This document shows, piece after piece, positions 25,577-37,864 of a stretch of 64,000 bases of DNA; the stretch's first letter is position 1, and every line of letters starts with the position of its first letter. Source of the stretch: Rhodosorus marinus CCMP1338. Its lineage: Eukaryota; Plantae; Rhodophyta. Under the pieces are notes generated by a model. It searched no databases, was not told the origin of the DNA, and worked only from the letters and a program-made list of their open reading frames with translations. Location: positions 2,170,001-2,234,000 of the forward strand of contig JAMWBK010000003.1 of the NCBI GenBank assembly GCA_029953675.1, given 5' to 3'. Made by a program: the position numbers and the translations under genes.

Positions 25577-26984
25577 ATGGTGGGCTTTGTTGGCGGGGGT
25601 GGTGGGTTGGTTGGGTTTGAGGATAGGACTGTGGCGGTATGTAGTCGGCGTGGTAGGGTTGTTATGCAGGCGAAGAAGCGGAAACCGGGGAAAGGAGGGA
25701 AGAAGAAAGCCGAACCGGTGGAAAGTAAGGCTGTGCCTGTGAAGGGGGAGGATGCGCCATCTGCGATCGTTGAGGATGAGGTTGAATTGCCGGTTCCTAC
25801 TGAATCTGTAGCTGATAAAAAGAAGACGTCTGCTGCCGAAAAGAAACCTGCGACTAAGAAAGAGAAAGCTGCGACTGCTGCGATCGTTGAGGTGGAGACT
25901 GAAATGCCGGTTGCTGACGTTTTGCCTATTAAGGTATCTGGCGGCGCTGCAGAGGCGAAGGCCGCACCTTCCGAGGTGCTCGATATTGCTTCTAAAGCTG
26001 TAGATGAAGAGGCACCCGTCGTTGCCGAGATCGGCGACCTCTCGGTTCCGATGAAGGAGGAATTCAAGTTGGAGAAGAAAACTGCGGAAGACTTGCTTGC
26101 TGAAGGAATTCAGGACGAAGTTAAGAGTGGGATTCGATTTGCTGACGTGACGAAAGGGATTGTGGACGATGCAGATCCTTTTAAGATCGAAGAGCAGCTG
26201 AGTAAGGAGATTGAGGATGAGCAAGTGGACCAGGAAGGAGAGTTGATCGATATCACAGCTGATGGAAGTGTCATTAAGACTATTCTAGTCCCCGGCAGCG
26301 GAGGCAAGCTGGAACCTGGCTCAAAAGTGAAGGTAAGAATGGGTTCCTGCATGGCTACCGATAGAATTCGCCAGCGTTTAGCTGAACCAGCATCCTCTCA
26401 TCGTGTAGGTTCATTATACTGGGACGTTTCTGGCGGATGGTAAGAAGTTCGACTCAAGCTACGATAGGAATGAACCGTTTGAGTTTGAAATCGGGGCCGG
26501 TAAGGTGATTCGTGGTTGGGATGCAGCCCTTCCAACCATGCGATTAGGAGAAAAATGTACCCTTGAAGTTCAGCCCTCTTACGCATACGGACGTCGCGGA
26601 GTCCCGCCTGTCATTCCACCGAACGCGGCCCTTCAGTTCGAGGTGGAGGTGATTGAAGTCGAGAGGTATCGAGAACCAGAGTCCTTTGCCGAGGACAATC
26701 CCGATGTTGCGAGAACTCCGGACGAGATTTCTATCGCATACGAAGAGAAGCTCAAGAAGAATCAGATGGATAACGAGAAGAAGGGCTTCTTCGATCGTTT
26801 TTATTTCATTTCGCCGTTCCAGAGTCAAACGGGTGAGAGACCTCCATGGTGGCTTAACCCGAATATCACATTCGTAATTGTTTTCGCGGTCGTAGCTTTC
26901 GCGTTCTATCTTGTCTATGCAAACGGTGGAATTCACCAAGGTTACGTCGATGAACCGATCAATGTTAATCCATTCAACAATTAA
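25577..26984 (+). CDS. FKBP-type peptidyl-prolyl isomerase with transit peptide, acidic linker and C-terminal TM segment
   Basis: MVGFVGG transit-like start; DGSVIKTILVPGSG, FDSSYDRNEPFEFEIGAGKVIRGWDAALPTMRLGEKCTLEVQPSYAYGRRGVPPVIPPNAALQFEVE; TM NITFVIVFAVVAFAFYLVY. Confidence 0.9.
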
Positions 26985-27229
26985 AGCTACACAATCGAAA
27001 ATTGAAAACACTGGATCAATAGGCTCGAACTCACAATGGAAAGCGCAGCAGCTCCGTCCTGTACGAACGCTCGTTTTTGCTTTTACTAATGGGGACCGGG
27101 GCTCAGCCAATAACACTCGTGAATCAAAAAAAAAATTCGGTCGCAAGCGACTTTTCTTATGGGACAACACATTGCTGTTCCCCGCTCGCTCCGTCCAGGG
27201 TGGTCGCGCGGTTAAGCGGTAAGGGAGGT

Positions 27230-27807
27230 CATTTATCCCGTCTGTCGTTGACAGCATGTGATTTTGGCGCCCATCTGTTAGCCAGCTGCCCTGCTGTGCA
27301 AGGAGCGCGGACCCGCAGATACGGGAGCATCCCGAACCTGCTCCACAGCGAACGTAGGCCTATCGTGAGGCAACGCGGTCTTGAAATTGAAAGTGAAAAA
27401 CCCTTGCCCGCGGCGGACTACCAGCATCAAGAGCGCCGTGTTGCCGAGCTCGATGTCACCTGTGAAGACAGCGGTCGAACTACCATAGTATTTCTTTCCA
27501 ATCACCAGGCTGAATTCTATCTGCCCGCGACTGAGGAGGACCGTGGAGCTGCTGGCACTAGGCGACCTCACAAAGAAGCGAAATACACGGGGATTTTGAG
27601 CTTCGGCTTTGGCCCATCGCCTGGTATGCAACGCAAACTGGGTTTTTCGCTTCCTAGATGCCCGTTGCCATCGCGAAGTGTTCCGTGAGCACGCCGACAG
27701 GCTCTCCTCGCAGTTTACCGGTTTGAGTTTCCTGTTGTGGCGTATGAACGCTGGCTCGCAACTTCGGGTCGAGTAGTCTGGTTTTGTTTCACCTCTGGGG
27801 TTTCCAT
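27230..27807 (-). CDS. Hypothetical multi-exon protein; structure and 3' end uncertain
   Basis: ATG at 27807 (METPEVKQ...), a GTAAAC..CTAG intron keeping frame into RKRKTQFALHTRRWAKAEAQNPRVFRFFV, and further GT/AG pairs. No family recognised. Confidence 0.35.
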
Positions 27808-29089
27808 TCAGTCTCCACACACAATTGCATTCCTGGAAAAGCAGTTGAGACAAAAGTCAAAAATCAATCATTATCGACAATACATATATCAACATGTGAA
27901 ATATCCACCCGGCCCTTCGACGAGCTCCAACGCAAGTTTCTTCAAACAGAAAATGGCGTACGGGGGGGTTACAAATAGCTTCTCAGTCAATTAATCGGTC
28001 CTATTGAAATTTGGATATAAAACATACGGATTAAGGGAATCTTAATTGACTGAAACACTTCCTTCGTTTACTGTCTGATTTGGAACGCTCCTCCCCCCCA
28101 CCCTTATCTTTCAAAAACAGTCGAACTTCTACCAAAAAAAGGAAAAAACAACACAAGCCACTCCGGACGTGGCGAAATTTCTCATGGTCCCCTAAGGGGG
28201 ATATACTATGTACTCCAAACACACGAAATAATATCGAATATTTCTTATTTCAAAAAAATCCCATTGATTCAAGGGGGGTAATAGACGACCTATAAACATA
28301 ATGAACTGGAGAAGAAAAAAGGGGCAGGGAAGTTGGAATCTGACAAGAACCCCCTGTTGAAAACTTCAAAATGAAAGTAAAGTATAGATAATTGCTTGTT
28401 TTTAAGGCCTTGTTTCTGATCTACGGTTGAAATAGAAATAGGAGGAGAACGCGGTGGAGGGGGGGGGAAGGCTTTAATGTTGAAGCTTATCATGTGGGAC
28501 AGAGGGTGGCGGTGGGGTTACTGTGGTGATGGTCTTGAGGAAGAAGGTTTGGGGTTTGCGTATTGAGGTTTGTTGGGGCGGGATTTTTGGGTTGGTAGTG
28601 TATATTATTAGGAGGAAGCTTTTCTGGTTTTTTTCTCCTTTCTCTGGGAGTGGACTTTTCTGTTTGGGGGAATCTGTTTATGGGCGATCGAAGGGAGATT
28701 GGTAGCGAACTTGCGGTTTGATTTTGAGGGGCCTGATCGTTTTTTGGGGGGGAGGTGGGTGAGTGGTGTTTCGAGAGAAGGTTTTTTTGGGGGGCCGTGG
28801 GGAAGGTGGGTAGGGTAGGAGAATTTGGCAGTGGAGGGAGGAGGAGAGGACGCGGAAGTTGCTTGGTTCCGCACTGTGTCTTTCTCCTCCGGTGATCGCA
28901 AGTGGATCAACCCCCTCGCCGGGGTTGCTTGAAGATCGTTGTCTGTTTTCGTTTGGATCGCGGCTTGGGTTTTCCCAACTTGGCTGCTGCGAGTTGTCGG
29001 AGCAGATCGGCGGTCCTTTTCGACGTCGAAAGTGGCCTGGAACTTTTTTTTAGGATAGGAAGTGGCCTTCAACAGGTGTTTCGGTCAGG

Positions 29090-32000
29090 ATGTTGACAAA
29101 GTTTGAAACTCAAAGTAACCGTGTGAAGGGTTTGGCTTTCCACCCGAATCGACCTTGGATCTTGGCGTCTCTGCACAATGGATCAATTCAGCTCTGGGAT
29201 TATAGGATGGGCACGTTAATCGATAGATTCGATGAACATGAAGGTAAGCTTGGATACGGTCAGAAGTCTCGTTGGTGATGGATGCTCGATCGCGTTGAAT
29301 AAACCTTATTGTAAAGTGTGAACGATATGCTAAGGTTGTCCTTGCACGTATTGTTTTCTTACAGGCCCCGTACGAGGAGTACATTTTCACCCATCGCAGC
29401 CTCTCTTCGTTTCGGGTGGTGATGACTACAAGATAAAAGTATGGAACTACAAATTAAGGCGTTGTGTATTTACTCTTGGGGGACATCTGGACTACATTCG
29501 GACGGTTTTCTTTCACCATGAAAGCCCGTAAGTTCCATTCCCCTATCGTCTTTCTTGAAAACGCTTTCGCATTTCAGTACTCTTGCGATTTCTTAACGGC
29601 CATACAATCGCGTCAACAGATGGATCGTTTCAGCCTCAGACGATCAAACCGTTCGAGTTTGGAACTGGCAGAACCGTTCATGTCTTTCAATCTTGACAGG
29701 CCACAATCACTATGTGATGTGCGCCCAATTCCACCCACTGGAGGATCTCATCGTATCCGCGTCACTGGATCAGACTATTCGTGTTTGGGATATCTCATCG
29801 CTACGTCAGAGATCCCCTGCCGGAGGTGGTAAGCCGGTTCCCATCTGCATTTGCGTGGCTGACTTTGTCTTTCCCTTTTGGGCGACGTTTCGACGGCGAG
29901 AAGCTCTGAGCACGTTCTTGCTTTCCCTCCGTAGACGCGCCGGGCGATATGCAAATCAGGGGTCTAATCAACCAAGCTCGAGGAAACATCCCGGCCGCGG
30001 TTAACGCGGACATCTTCGGTACCGGAGATGCTGTTGTGAAGTACCTACTAGAGGGGCACTCGCGCGGTGTGAACTGGGTGTCGTTTCACCCTACATTGCC
30101 TCTGATAGTGTCTGGCGCTGATGACCGTCAGGTACGCAAATAGCCGGGAGGAAACCACAATACGAGGTGCAAAGTCTGGCCATGCGATGTACTCATTCGA
30201 GTTCACGGTCGCGATGTTACAGGTGAAACTATGGAGGATTTCAGAGACAAACGCCTGGGAGGTTGACACATTCCGAGGCCACTTGAACAATGTGTCATCC
30301 ACACTCTTCCATCCGAGGCAGGACTTGGTGATTTCCAACGGTGAAGACAAAACCATTAGAGTTTGGGACCAAAATCGCAGAACGTGTCTCCATACGTTTA
30401 GAAAGGAGAGCGACAGGTATGAAGTAATGAGAACCGAAGGGTCCGTCGTTGAGAAGTCAAATATCTTACACAAGCGGATTTGCACCACAGATTTTGGATT
30501 CTTGCGGTTCACCCGACGATCAATCTCATTGCTGCTGGGCATGATACTGGAATGATCGTTTTCAAACTTCAAAGGGAAAGACCACCTTTTGCTGTGAGTG
30601 AAGGAAATCTCTTCTTCGTGAAGGAAAGCTACATTAGGAGTATGAGCTTTGAGACAGCGAGAGATTCCCCGCTTCTCATGATCCAAAGGGTGAGCACGAG
30701 ACCCGCATATTGGAAACCGTACGGGTTGGATCGATAAGACTTCTGAGAGCTTGTTTCTATCCTGTGGTTTGCACTAGAATTCGAGTCAAGGAGTGGGAAG
30801 CGCCTACGGGGGTTCTTTGGGAGATATGTATGGTGGTCAGTCTGATGCGCCACCGGCTCAGACCACTCCCGCTAGGTCCATGAGCTACAACGCTCAGGAG
30901 CATTGCGTTCTGCTGAACCATGTATCGAACGGTGGTACCTACGAACTCTATTTTCTCCCTCGAGGAGCGGGAGGAGTTTCAGGAGACACCCCAGCTGAAC
31001 CAAGAAAGGGTGAAGGCGTTGGCGCGTGCTTCGTCGGAAGGAATCGAATCGCCGTGCTTGATCGCGCGAGGAACAACATTCTGATAAAGGACCTGCACAA
31101 TGAAACCACCAAAAGGGTGAAATGCCTGCTACCTGGAGCGGACTGGCTGTTCCCCGCAGGCGTTGGCTACGTCCTGGTGAAGAACGAGGAGAAGGTTATT
31201 CTACAGGATCTGCAGCAGAAGAAGATCGTCGCAGAGATATCGGCAGTGAACGTGAAGTACGTCGTTTGGAGCGACGATATGAGCAGAGTTGCGTTGCTTG
31301 GAAAGCATATTTTGGTGATCGCAACACGTCGACTTGAACATTTAGCAACGGTCCACGAAACGGTCCGTATCAAGTCCGCGGCGTGGGATGAGTCCGGAGT
31401 AATTGTGTACTCTACCCTCAACCACTTGAAGTATTGTCTTCCAAACGGAGATAACGGAATCATCAATACTCTGAAGGACCCAGTTTATATCACTAGAGTG
31501 CGAGGTCCTGCAGTCTGCTACATTGATCGTAATGCGATTCCGGGCATATTCGCAATCGATCCAACTGAGTATGCCTTCAAGCTCATGCTCCTGAGAAAAC
31601 GTTACGACGACGTCCGGAAGATGATCTCCGAAAATCGCCTCTGTGGGAAAGCAATCATTGCGTACTTACAGCGCAAGGGTTTCCCGGAGGTTGCGCTGCA
31701 TTTTGTTCGGGACGAACGGACTCGATTCAACCTCGCAGTTGACTCAGGAGCGATCGACATTGCACTCGAGGCGGCTCAGGAACTTGATGAACCAGAGATT
31801 TGGTCCACCCTCGCAGGAGCTGCGTTGAAGTTGGGCAACATTGATGTCGTTGAATTGTGCTATCAGCGGACAAAGGACTTGGAACGATTGGCATTCCTTT
31901 ACGTTCTTCTGGGAGACAGAGAGAAGGCGGCAAAGATGGCGAATATCGCGGAATCCCGTCGGAACTTTATGGCCAAGTTTCAGATTTGTATGTACCTCGG

Positions 32001-33573
32001 AGATGTTGAAGGGGCACTCTCAGTTTTGGCGGAATGTGGACAGCTGGCTCTTGCGAGAGTTATGGCGAAAGCTCACGGGCTGACAGATATGATCAAGGAA
32101 TTAGGAGGGGACGAGGACGGTGCCACAACTGTTGCAAAGGGCAAGCTCCTCCCCCGACCGCTGCCCCTTTCTGGCGAACAGAGCTGGCCGACTCTGCCTG
32201 TCACCCGAGGGTTGTTCACGAAGGATCCTCACGCTGAAGACTTTGAAGAGATTACTGGTGACTATTATGAGGATGCAGCGGCTCTTGAAGCTTCAGAGAG
32301 AGAGAGAGAGAGAGGAGGATGGGGTGAGGAGGAGAGGGGCGCGCTTGGCAAGCAGCCTGCAACAACCACAGTTGATCCATTCGCGCAGGAACTAGACCAA
32401 CCGAAGAGCCCAGCGGTAATCACTGGAGGAGATGGATGGGGAGATGATCTGGACGACTTTGATTTCGGCGGGGCCGAGGTTCAGACGCCGGCCCCCGCGC
32501 AGACTGGCGGAGACGATTTCGAGGTGGACGCTGTCGAGCAGGCGGTTCAAATGAAGGACTACTTCGTCCCACCACCGCCTGGCCCCGGCGTTACTGTTCG
32601 ATGGACGAGATCTGCAAAGCTAGTGGGTGATTTGGTTGCTGCGGGTGCCTTTGATGATGCGATGAAATTGCTCTCGAGGCAGATTGGTTGCAAGTCGTTC
32701 TCGGCTTTCGAGGACGTGTTCAGAACCGTCTATCTGGGCTGTCGAGCTTCAGTACCCGGGATAATCAACATGCCTTCTCCCATGGTTCACATGAGCCGTG
32801 GGGTTGATCAGCCCAAAGTTGCTGTCACACTGGAGTCTGTTACAAACCTAGTCCACTCAGCGCGGGACAGCTTCGCGGCGCGAAAGTTCAACGACGCAAA
32901 GACGCTGTTCAGCGCAGTTGCTGCGTCAGTTCCTCTGTTGGTCCTCGGCACGGACAAGGAGGTAAAGGACGCCGTGGACATGTTGAGCTCAAGCAGAGAA
33001 TACCTCCTCGCTCTTGCTTGTGACCGCTGCAGGAACGAAGCCAAGGCTGCGGGGAACACTGTGCGTGAGGTTCAGCTGGCAGCGATGTTCACCCACTGCG
33101 AGCTCCTTCCAGCGCATAAAGTTTTGGCGCTTCGGACTGCAATGAAGATAGCTTTCGACGCGAAGTGCTTTATCTTTGCATCCGGCTTTGCCAGAAGACT
33201 CATTGACGGAAACCCTAACCCACCAGCTCAGGCTTTGAAGATGATTCAGTACTGCGATCAGAACATGACAAACGCGCATGAGGTAATGGACAAGTTCTTT
33301 CACTCATTTTTCGGCTTACACTCCGATAAGGTGCCTTTTGCTTACTCGGTTGACTCTGTGGTCATTGACTGTGAACAGGTGGATTACGACGATAGAAGAG
33401 ACTTCGTGGTAGAAGCATCGCAACTGGTACCGTTGTATGCTGGACAACCGCGGAAGGACTGCTCATATTGTAAAGCCAAGTACCAGCCCGAAAGCGCAGG
33501 ATCGACCTGCGCGCTGTGCGAAATTGGATCTGTGGGCTTCAGCGCTGAGGGCCTTCGGGTGAAAACATCATAG
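29090..33573 (+). CDS. COPA: Coatomer subunit alpha (COPI), multi-exon
   Basis: [75 protein letters not shown]-terminal C..C...C.LC zinc knuckle. The last intron (33283-33378) is in-frame and read through by the ORF track. Confidence 0.97.
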
Positions 33574-34060
33574 TCAAGATATCACCTGCTTTTTGCTTTT
33601 CGGCCGAAAGAGAAAGAAACAGTAAAGGACTGTCCAACTTGTTTTTGTAAACGCGTTGAATTTCTATGCAGAACTCCCTCGAGGCGACGAGTTACGCTCC
33701 AGGAGTTGTTTCGCTATCTCGCGGCTGCTCCGAACCCTCTCATGACCCATCAACGTCGCATGTCTCCCGGTACGGCATCCGCGGCAGGGGAAGAGGGCGA
33801 ACAGCAGCTCACGTGCAGACCAAAGACTGGAGAGGGGCGCGCGACTGGAGCCGTAGCACGCATAGGTGAGAAATGCTCGATAGGGAAGTGTTCAGCAAAA
33901 GCGAGCGCACCCGATTTTCGTCTCCTGCCAATACAATTGATTGGCTCTGAATCAGATGGATTCCGCTTTTGCTTATCCAACACATTGCGCAAGCAGCCTA
34001 ACTGGACGTATCCGTAACCGAAGCTGGATTAGCACTCACCTATACCCCTAGTTTGAGCTT

Positions 34061-34650
34061 CTAGAGCTGGTCCTCCCCGGTTACGGTCAACTCAATTGCG
34101 ACCACGCTATCTGCACACGCACAAACCCCTCTTTTTTTCTGACGTGCCAGTTCCAATCAGAATTTCGCAGAGTCCCATCCATCCCATCTCCTGATCATCC
34201 GCTGTTGAGCTATTGAAGCAACCGGTGGGGATGCCAAAGTTGATGAAAACCTTATGAAGAAAGACGTGCTAAAATTTTGTTGCAAATTTGCTGACTGAGG
34301 AGTCCGAGAATCTATTTTCAGACGACGTTTGAACCATCCTGACCAAACCCGACCAAGGACGCCGTGCAACCAGCCGTCGTCCACACCTCGACGACAAGAG
34401 AAAACGATCAGGAAAAGCTGGTGATCCACTGCAAATCGCCAGGAAAGAAAGACTTAGTGTGAAATTACTCAAGAATCCATCTTCAGTCCTCCATGAAGAA
34501 GACCTTTCTGGCCGAACTTGTTCGCCGGTGACGTACACCAACGGTCAATCTCAAATGACAAAAAATGCATTGGAGGACGGAGGCGTAGTAGCTTAGCTCT
34601 GGAAGGAAGGGGAAGAGTGTGGAAAGCTTTGAACCTTTCTTGCATTGTAG
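34061..34650 (-). CDS. Hypothetical multi-exon protein; boundaries uncertain
   Basis: Protein-like segments VFINFGIPTGCFNSSTADDQEMGWMGLCEILIGTG and DSVVAIELTVTGEDQL* flanked by plausible splice sites. No full model could be built. Confidence 0.25.
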
Positions 34651-34757
34651 CTGAAGGCAGTGCACTATTAGGGCCTTCTTTCTGATGAATTTTGCTTCCT
34701 GAATTGTGAGAGAACAGATTGAAGGACAAGTCTTGGTTCCTTGTGAAAGGTGAGAAG

Positions 34758-36116
34758 ATGTTGAATAGTTGTTTCGTATTGAGCTTGGGCGTTGAGAAGA
34801 GATGTCGAGCATCGATGACCTGTTCGAAGAGGGTAGAGGAAGTGAAGTCTGGAACTTCTCTTCGGTCAGGGATAGTGAGTACCGCGCGTCTAAATGATTC
34901 TCCCCTCACACACACACACACACACACACCCTCCCAACTTGTCGGCGTTTTGTTTTTTTCTAAACCGAAAGGCTTTGTCTTCCTGTAAATTTACGTTTTC
35001 TGCTTAGGACGTACAGTTTTCCGAGTCTGTCATCGTTCCTGGAAAGTTTGACGCTCTTCACCTGGGACATCGGGAACTGGTACAACATGCCTCAGCCCTG
35101 GGAGATACCGTCCTCGTCATGACATTTCCAGGGATGGCCGAGGTTCTCGGTTGGGAGCCGCGAAAACCAACTTGTTCTTCTAAACAGCGAAAGGAGATCT
35201 TCAACGCATGGTCCGAGGAACTATCTACTAACATCTATACAGTCGAGATTCCGTTTTCCAAAATTCGTTCTCTAAAACCCAACGAGTTCATCGAATTCGT
35301 CGTAAACGACTTTGACACAAGCGCGGTAAGTTCAAGTCGCTATCAATCAAAGCACAGCATAATTTGCCCCGTCGAAGGTACGGCTTTCTTCTAAGCCGAT
35401 ATGAGTTTATACTGTCTACTACTTCCTCTATCACAATGGATGGACTGAGCCGATGGTCCGCACATGTAGTCATCCAACTGGGACGTCGAAGAACTCGCTA
35501 CTGGCCTAGTTGGACAAGCTGATAGTGCGCTACCCTTAGCGCGATGTTCTGATGTTCTTTTGTCTTTTGTCTCAGATTGTCTGTGGAAACGATTGGAGGT
35601 TTGGATACAAAGCCGCGGGAGATGTGAATATGTTGAAGACGATTTGCGGTGAGATGTCTCTGGTGGCGGATGTGGTTGGGGCGATGAGTCTTGACGACGA
35701 GCCGATTTCTTCCAGTCGAGTTCGACGAGCACTTGATGACGGAGATATGGAGCTTGTTCAGAGACTGCTCGGGAGAGCTCACCAGTTATACGGAAAGTTC
35801 GATATGGCGAAAAAGGTCGTTAGCGACCTGGAAAATAGCTCGCCAAGAACAGGATTGTATCGAGCTAGTATCTCATCTGGTTCGGTGAGGATGCTGACCA
35901 CTAGCGTACGCAGGAGACCATCCCTTACACAGGTCGGCTCACAATATGTTTTCTTGTTGTGGCCTATGACGGATTCAGGACGACTGCCCTGTAATCGTCC
36001 GGATCGACCGAAATGAAGAAGCAACCGCGTGTATAGAGATAGTCAGCGGTGACGTCCCAGAGGATGTTGGCGAGACAGTTGACGTCAATATCCACCAACT
36101 TATTGAAGCAAAGTAG
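34758..36116 (+). CDS. FAD synthetase (RibF N-terminal FMN adenylyltransferase domain only), plastid-type
   Basis: MLNSCFV transit-like start; GKFDALHLGH (HxGH), MTFPGMAEVLGW, IVCGNDWRFG, ISSSRVRRAL..G...LLGR. No riboflavin kinase domain follows. Confidence 0.88.
34906..34928. repeat. (CA)n microsatellite in the first intron of the FAD synthetase gene
   Basis: cacacacacacacacacacacac seen directly. Confidence 0.9.
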
Positions 36117-36499
36117 AGTCTAATTGACATAGCAGAATCCAATCGCCATGTCTATATTTGGGTTGTCTGTGTGTTAAAATTGGTTTCACGAACTGATCAA
36201 ACCTGGCTACAGCGACCTCGCATATGCAAATCGATCCTCAAAAAAGAGCAGGAATTTTTCCCGGAAGCTCGGGTGTCCTACTGTCGATTCAACTTCCCCA
36301 ACTGCTTGGAATTCTATCAACGGAGCAGACCCGGCTTGAGCGAGGTCGAAAGTTTCATCGCCGACCTATTTACACAGCTGGACTAGTAGCGCCGAATTGA
36401 ATTCTCGTCCTTTGAGAGAGTCATGGAATACGTTCGTATTGGCCATGTATTGAGTTGGCAGTTAGCTTATGTAAATGCGCATTGGAATGTGCCTTCGAT

Positions 36500-37864
36500 A
36501 AACCAACTCAACCTGTGCTCACATGAAGCGTCTTGAGAGCAAGACCCAGACGCGATCGGCCCATGATGCTACTCGACCAGCCCTTTTGCAAAGCAGCTTG
36601 CTGGTCTGTCTTCCAATAGAGACTACGTAAACGATTGAATGACAACCCCAGACAAGACAGCGCGAGAAGAACAAAAACGTTCTGCCTGACTATGACGGTT
36701 GACCCTATGCATACTAGACGGTTTGGGGTGGACGACACGATCGCTCAAACCAAAATCAAAACCTCCTTGACCGTTTTCAATTGCAAGGCATTCGAGTCAG
36801 CAACAAGCCCAACGGCGAAACGCGACATCGGGACAGTTGGTTAAGCGATGAGGAAAATGTACTCCGCTAATGGGCTGGTGCAAGTAAAACGAACGGGGTG
36901 TTTACACCCTCTTTCCCTTAACGCGTCGGCCGTAGTGTATCTACAAATGTCTGTACACAGCTTGTCTCGAGCCATTGTCAACAGCTTCAACATAAGACAG
37001 TGGGCTGGTATCCCTGCGACGTGGAGCGTGGGAAGCATCTTGGCGAAAGGAACAAGGATATGGACGAGACTTGCTGGCCAACAGCGATAAATAACTAGCA
37101 ACAACCTTGTCTTCCCTTCTATAGACTCTCCAAGCGATATCGGGACATGGTGTCACAATGCGAAGGATGTACAAATCCCCTAGGATATTCTTCGACACGT
37201 TCAACTGCGACCTTTTAGGCTTTATGTCGATACAGAACTGTGTAGAGCTGTGGACTGTTTTTAGCCTGGCGGACTTTTAGCAAACCACTTCGTTCCATGT
37301 AGTATTCTAATATACCATGCACCGATCCAATCTCGTGTTCACAAGCGCACTGGAAGTTTCGTACGTTTAAGAAGATCACGATGTGGGAGGCAACTGCTTA
37401 CAAAAGCAATGGATGAGATGTCGGCAGAACAATTTATGAACACCACCAGTCACAGCATTGCAAAATGGTTCCGTTTTGGGATGGGAGAATGCAGCCTCTA
37501 TCTGTGTACCGCTGCTGCGGCTGACACGGGCACGAATTTTTGGTCCATGAATTCGTTCGCATGGGTTCCCATCCTCAGGACGAATTCAATTGAGGCCAGG
37601 AAAAAGGATCCGCAGCTGTGCAAGTGCCATTGAATCCATCATCCGGAGGCCGTGGAAAACCCAATAGTAAACGTAAACAGCTAACAGACGAAGTTCAACT
37701 AGAGTCTGGTCATCATCAGCTTCATCCGGGAATAGAAAAAACCGATCCCAAAAACGGATCCAATCCATCCAAACTCTGAAACGAAGCCACACGGACAAAC
37801 AGCAATGTGAACAAGCAAGCAACCAAAAAAAAATCCAGGGGGTGAGGCGGCTATCAGCCTTCAT
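36500..37864 (-). CDS. Hypothetical multi-exon, probably multi-pass membrane protein; 3' end approximate
   Basis: ATG 37864 after a G/T-rich leader; hydrophobic exons (PWIFFWLLACSHCCLSVW, CGSFFLASIEFVLR, RQNVFVLLALSCLGL) separated by GT-AG introns. Family not recognised. Confidence 0.5.

Noticed and set aside
25460-26224. 254-aa and 165-aa minus-strand ORFs
   Set aside because: Antisense shadows of the purine-rich FKBP linker.
28523-29072. Several ORFs upstream of COPA
   Set aside because: Products of G/T-rich leader composition; non-ATG starts and no motifs.
33283-33378. Apparent 32-aa insertion near the COPA C-terminus in the 926-aa ORF
   Set aside because: It is a 96-nt in-frame GT-AG intron; the ftsZ and vps60 ORFs likewise read through in-frame introns.
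36171-36386. 71-aa protein-like + strand ORF after the FAD synthetase stop
   Set aside because: GTG/TTG-type start; the nearby ATG exon splices into a different frame; no recognisable family.
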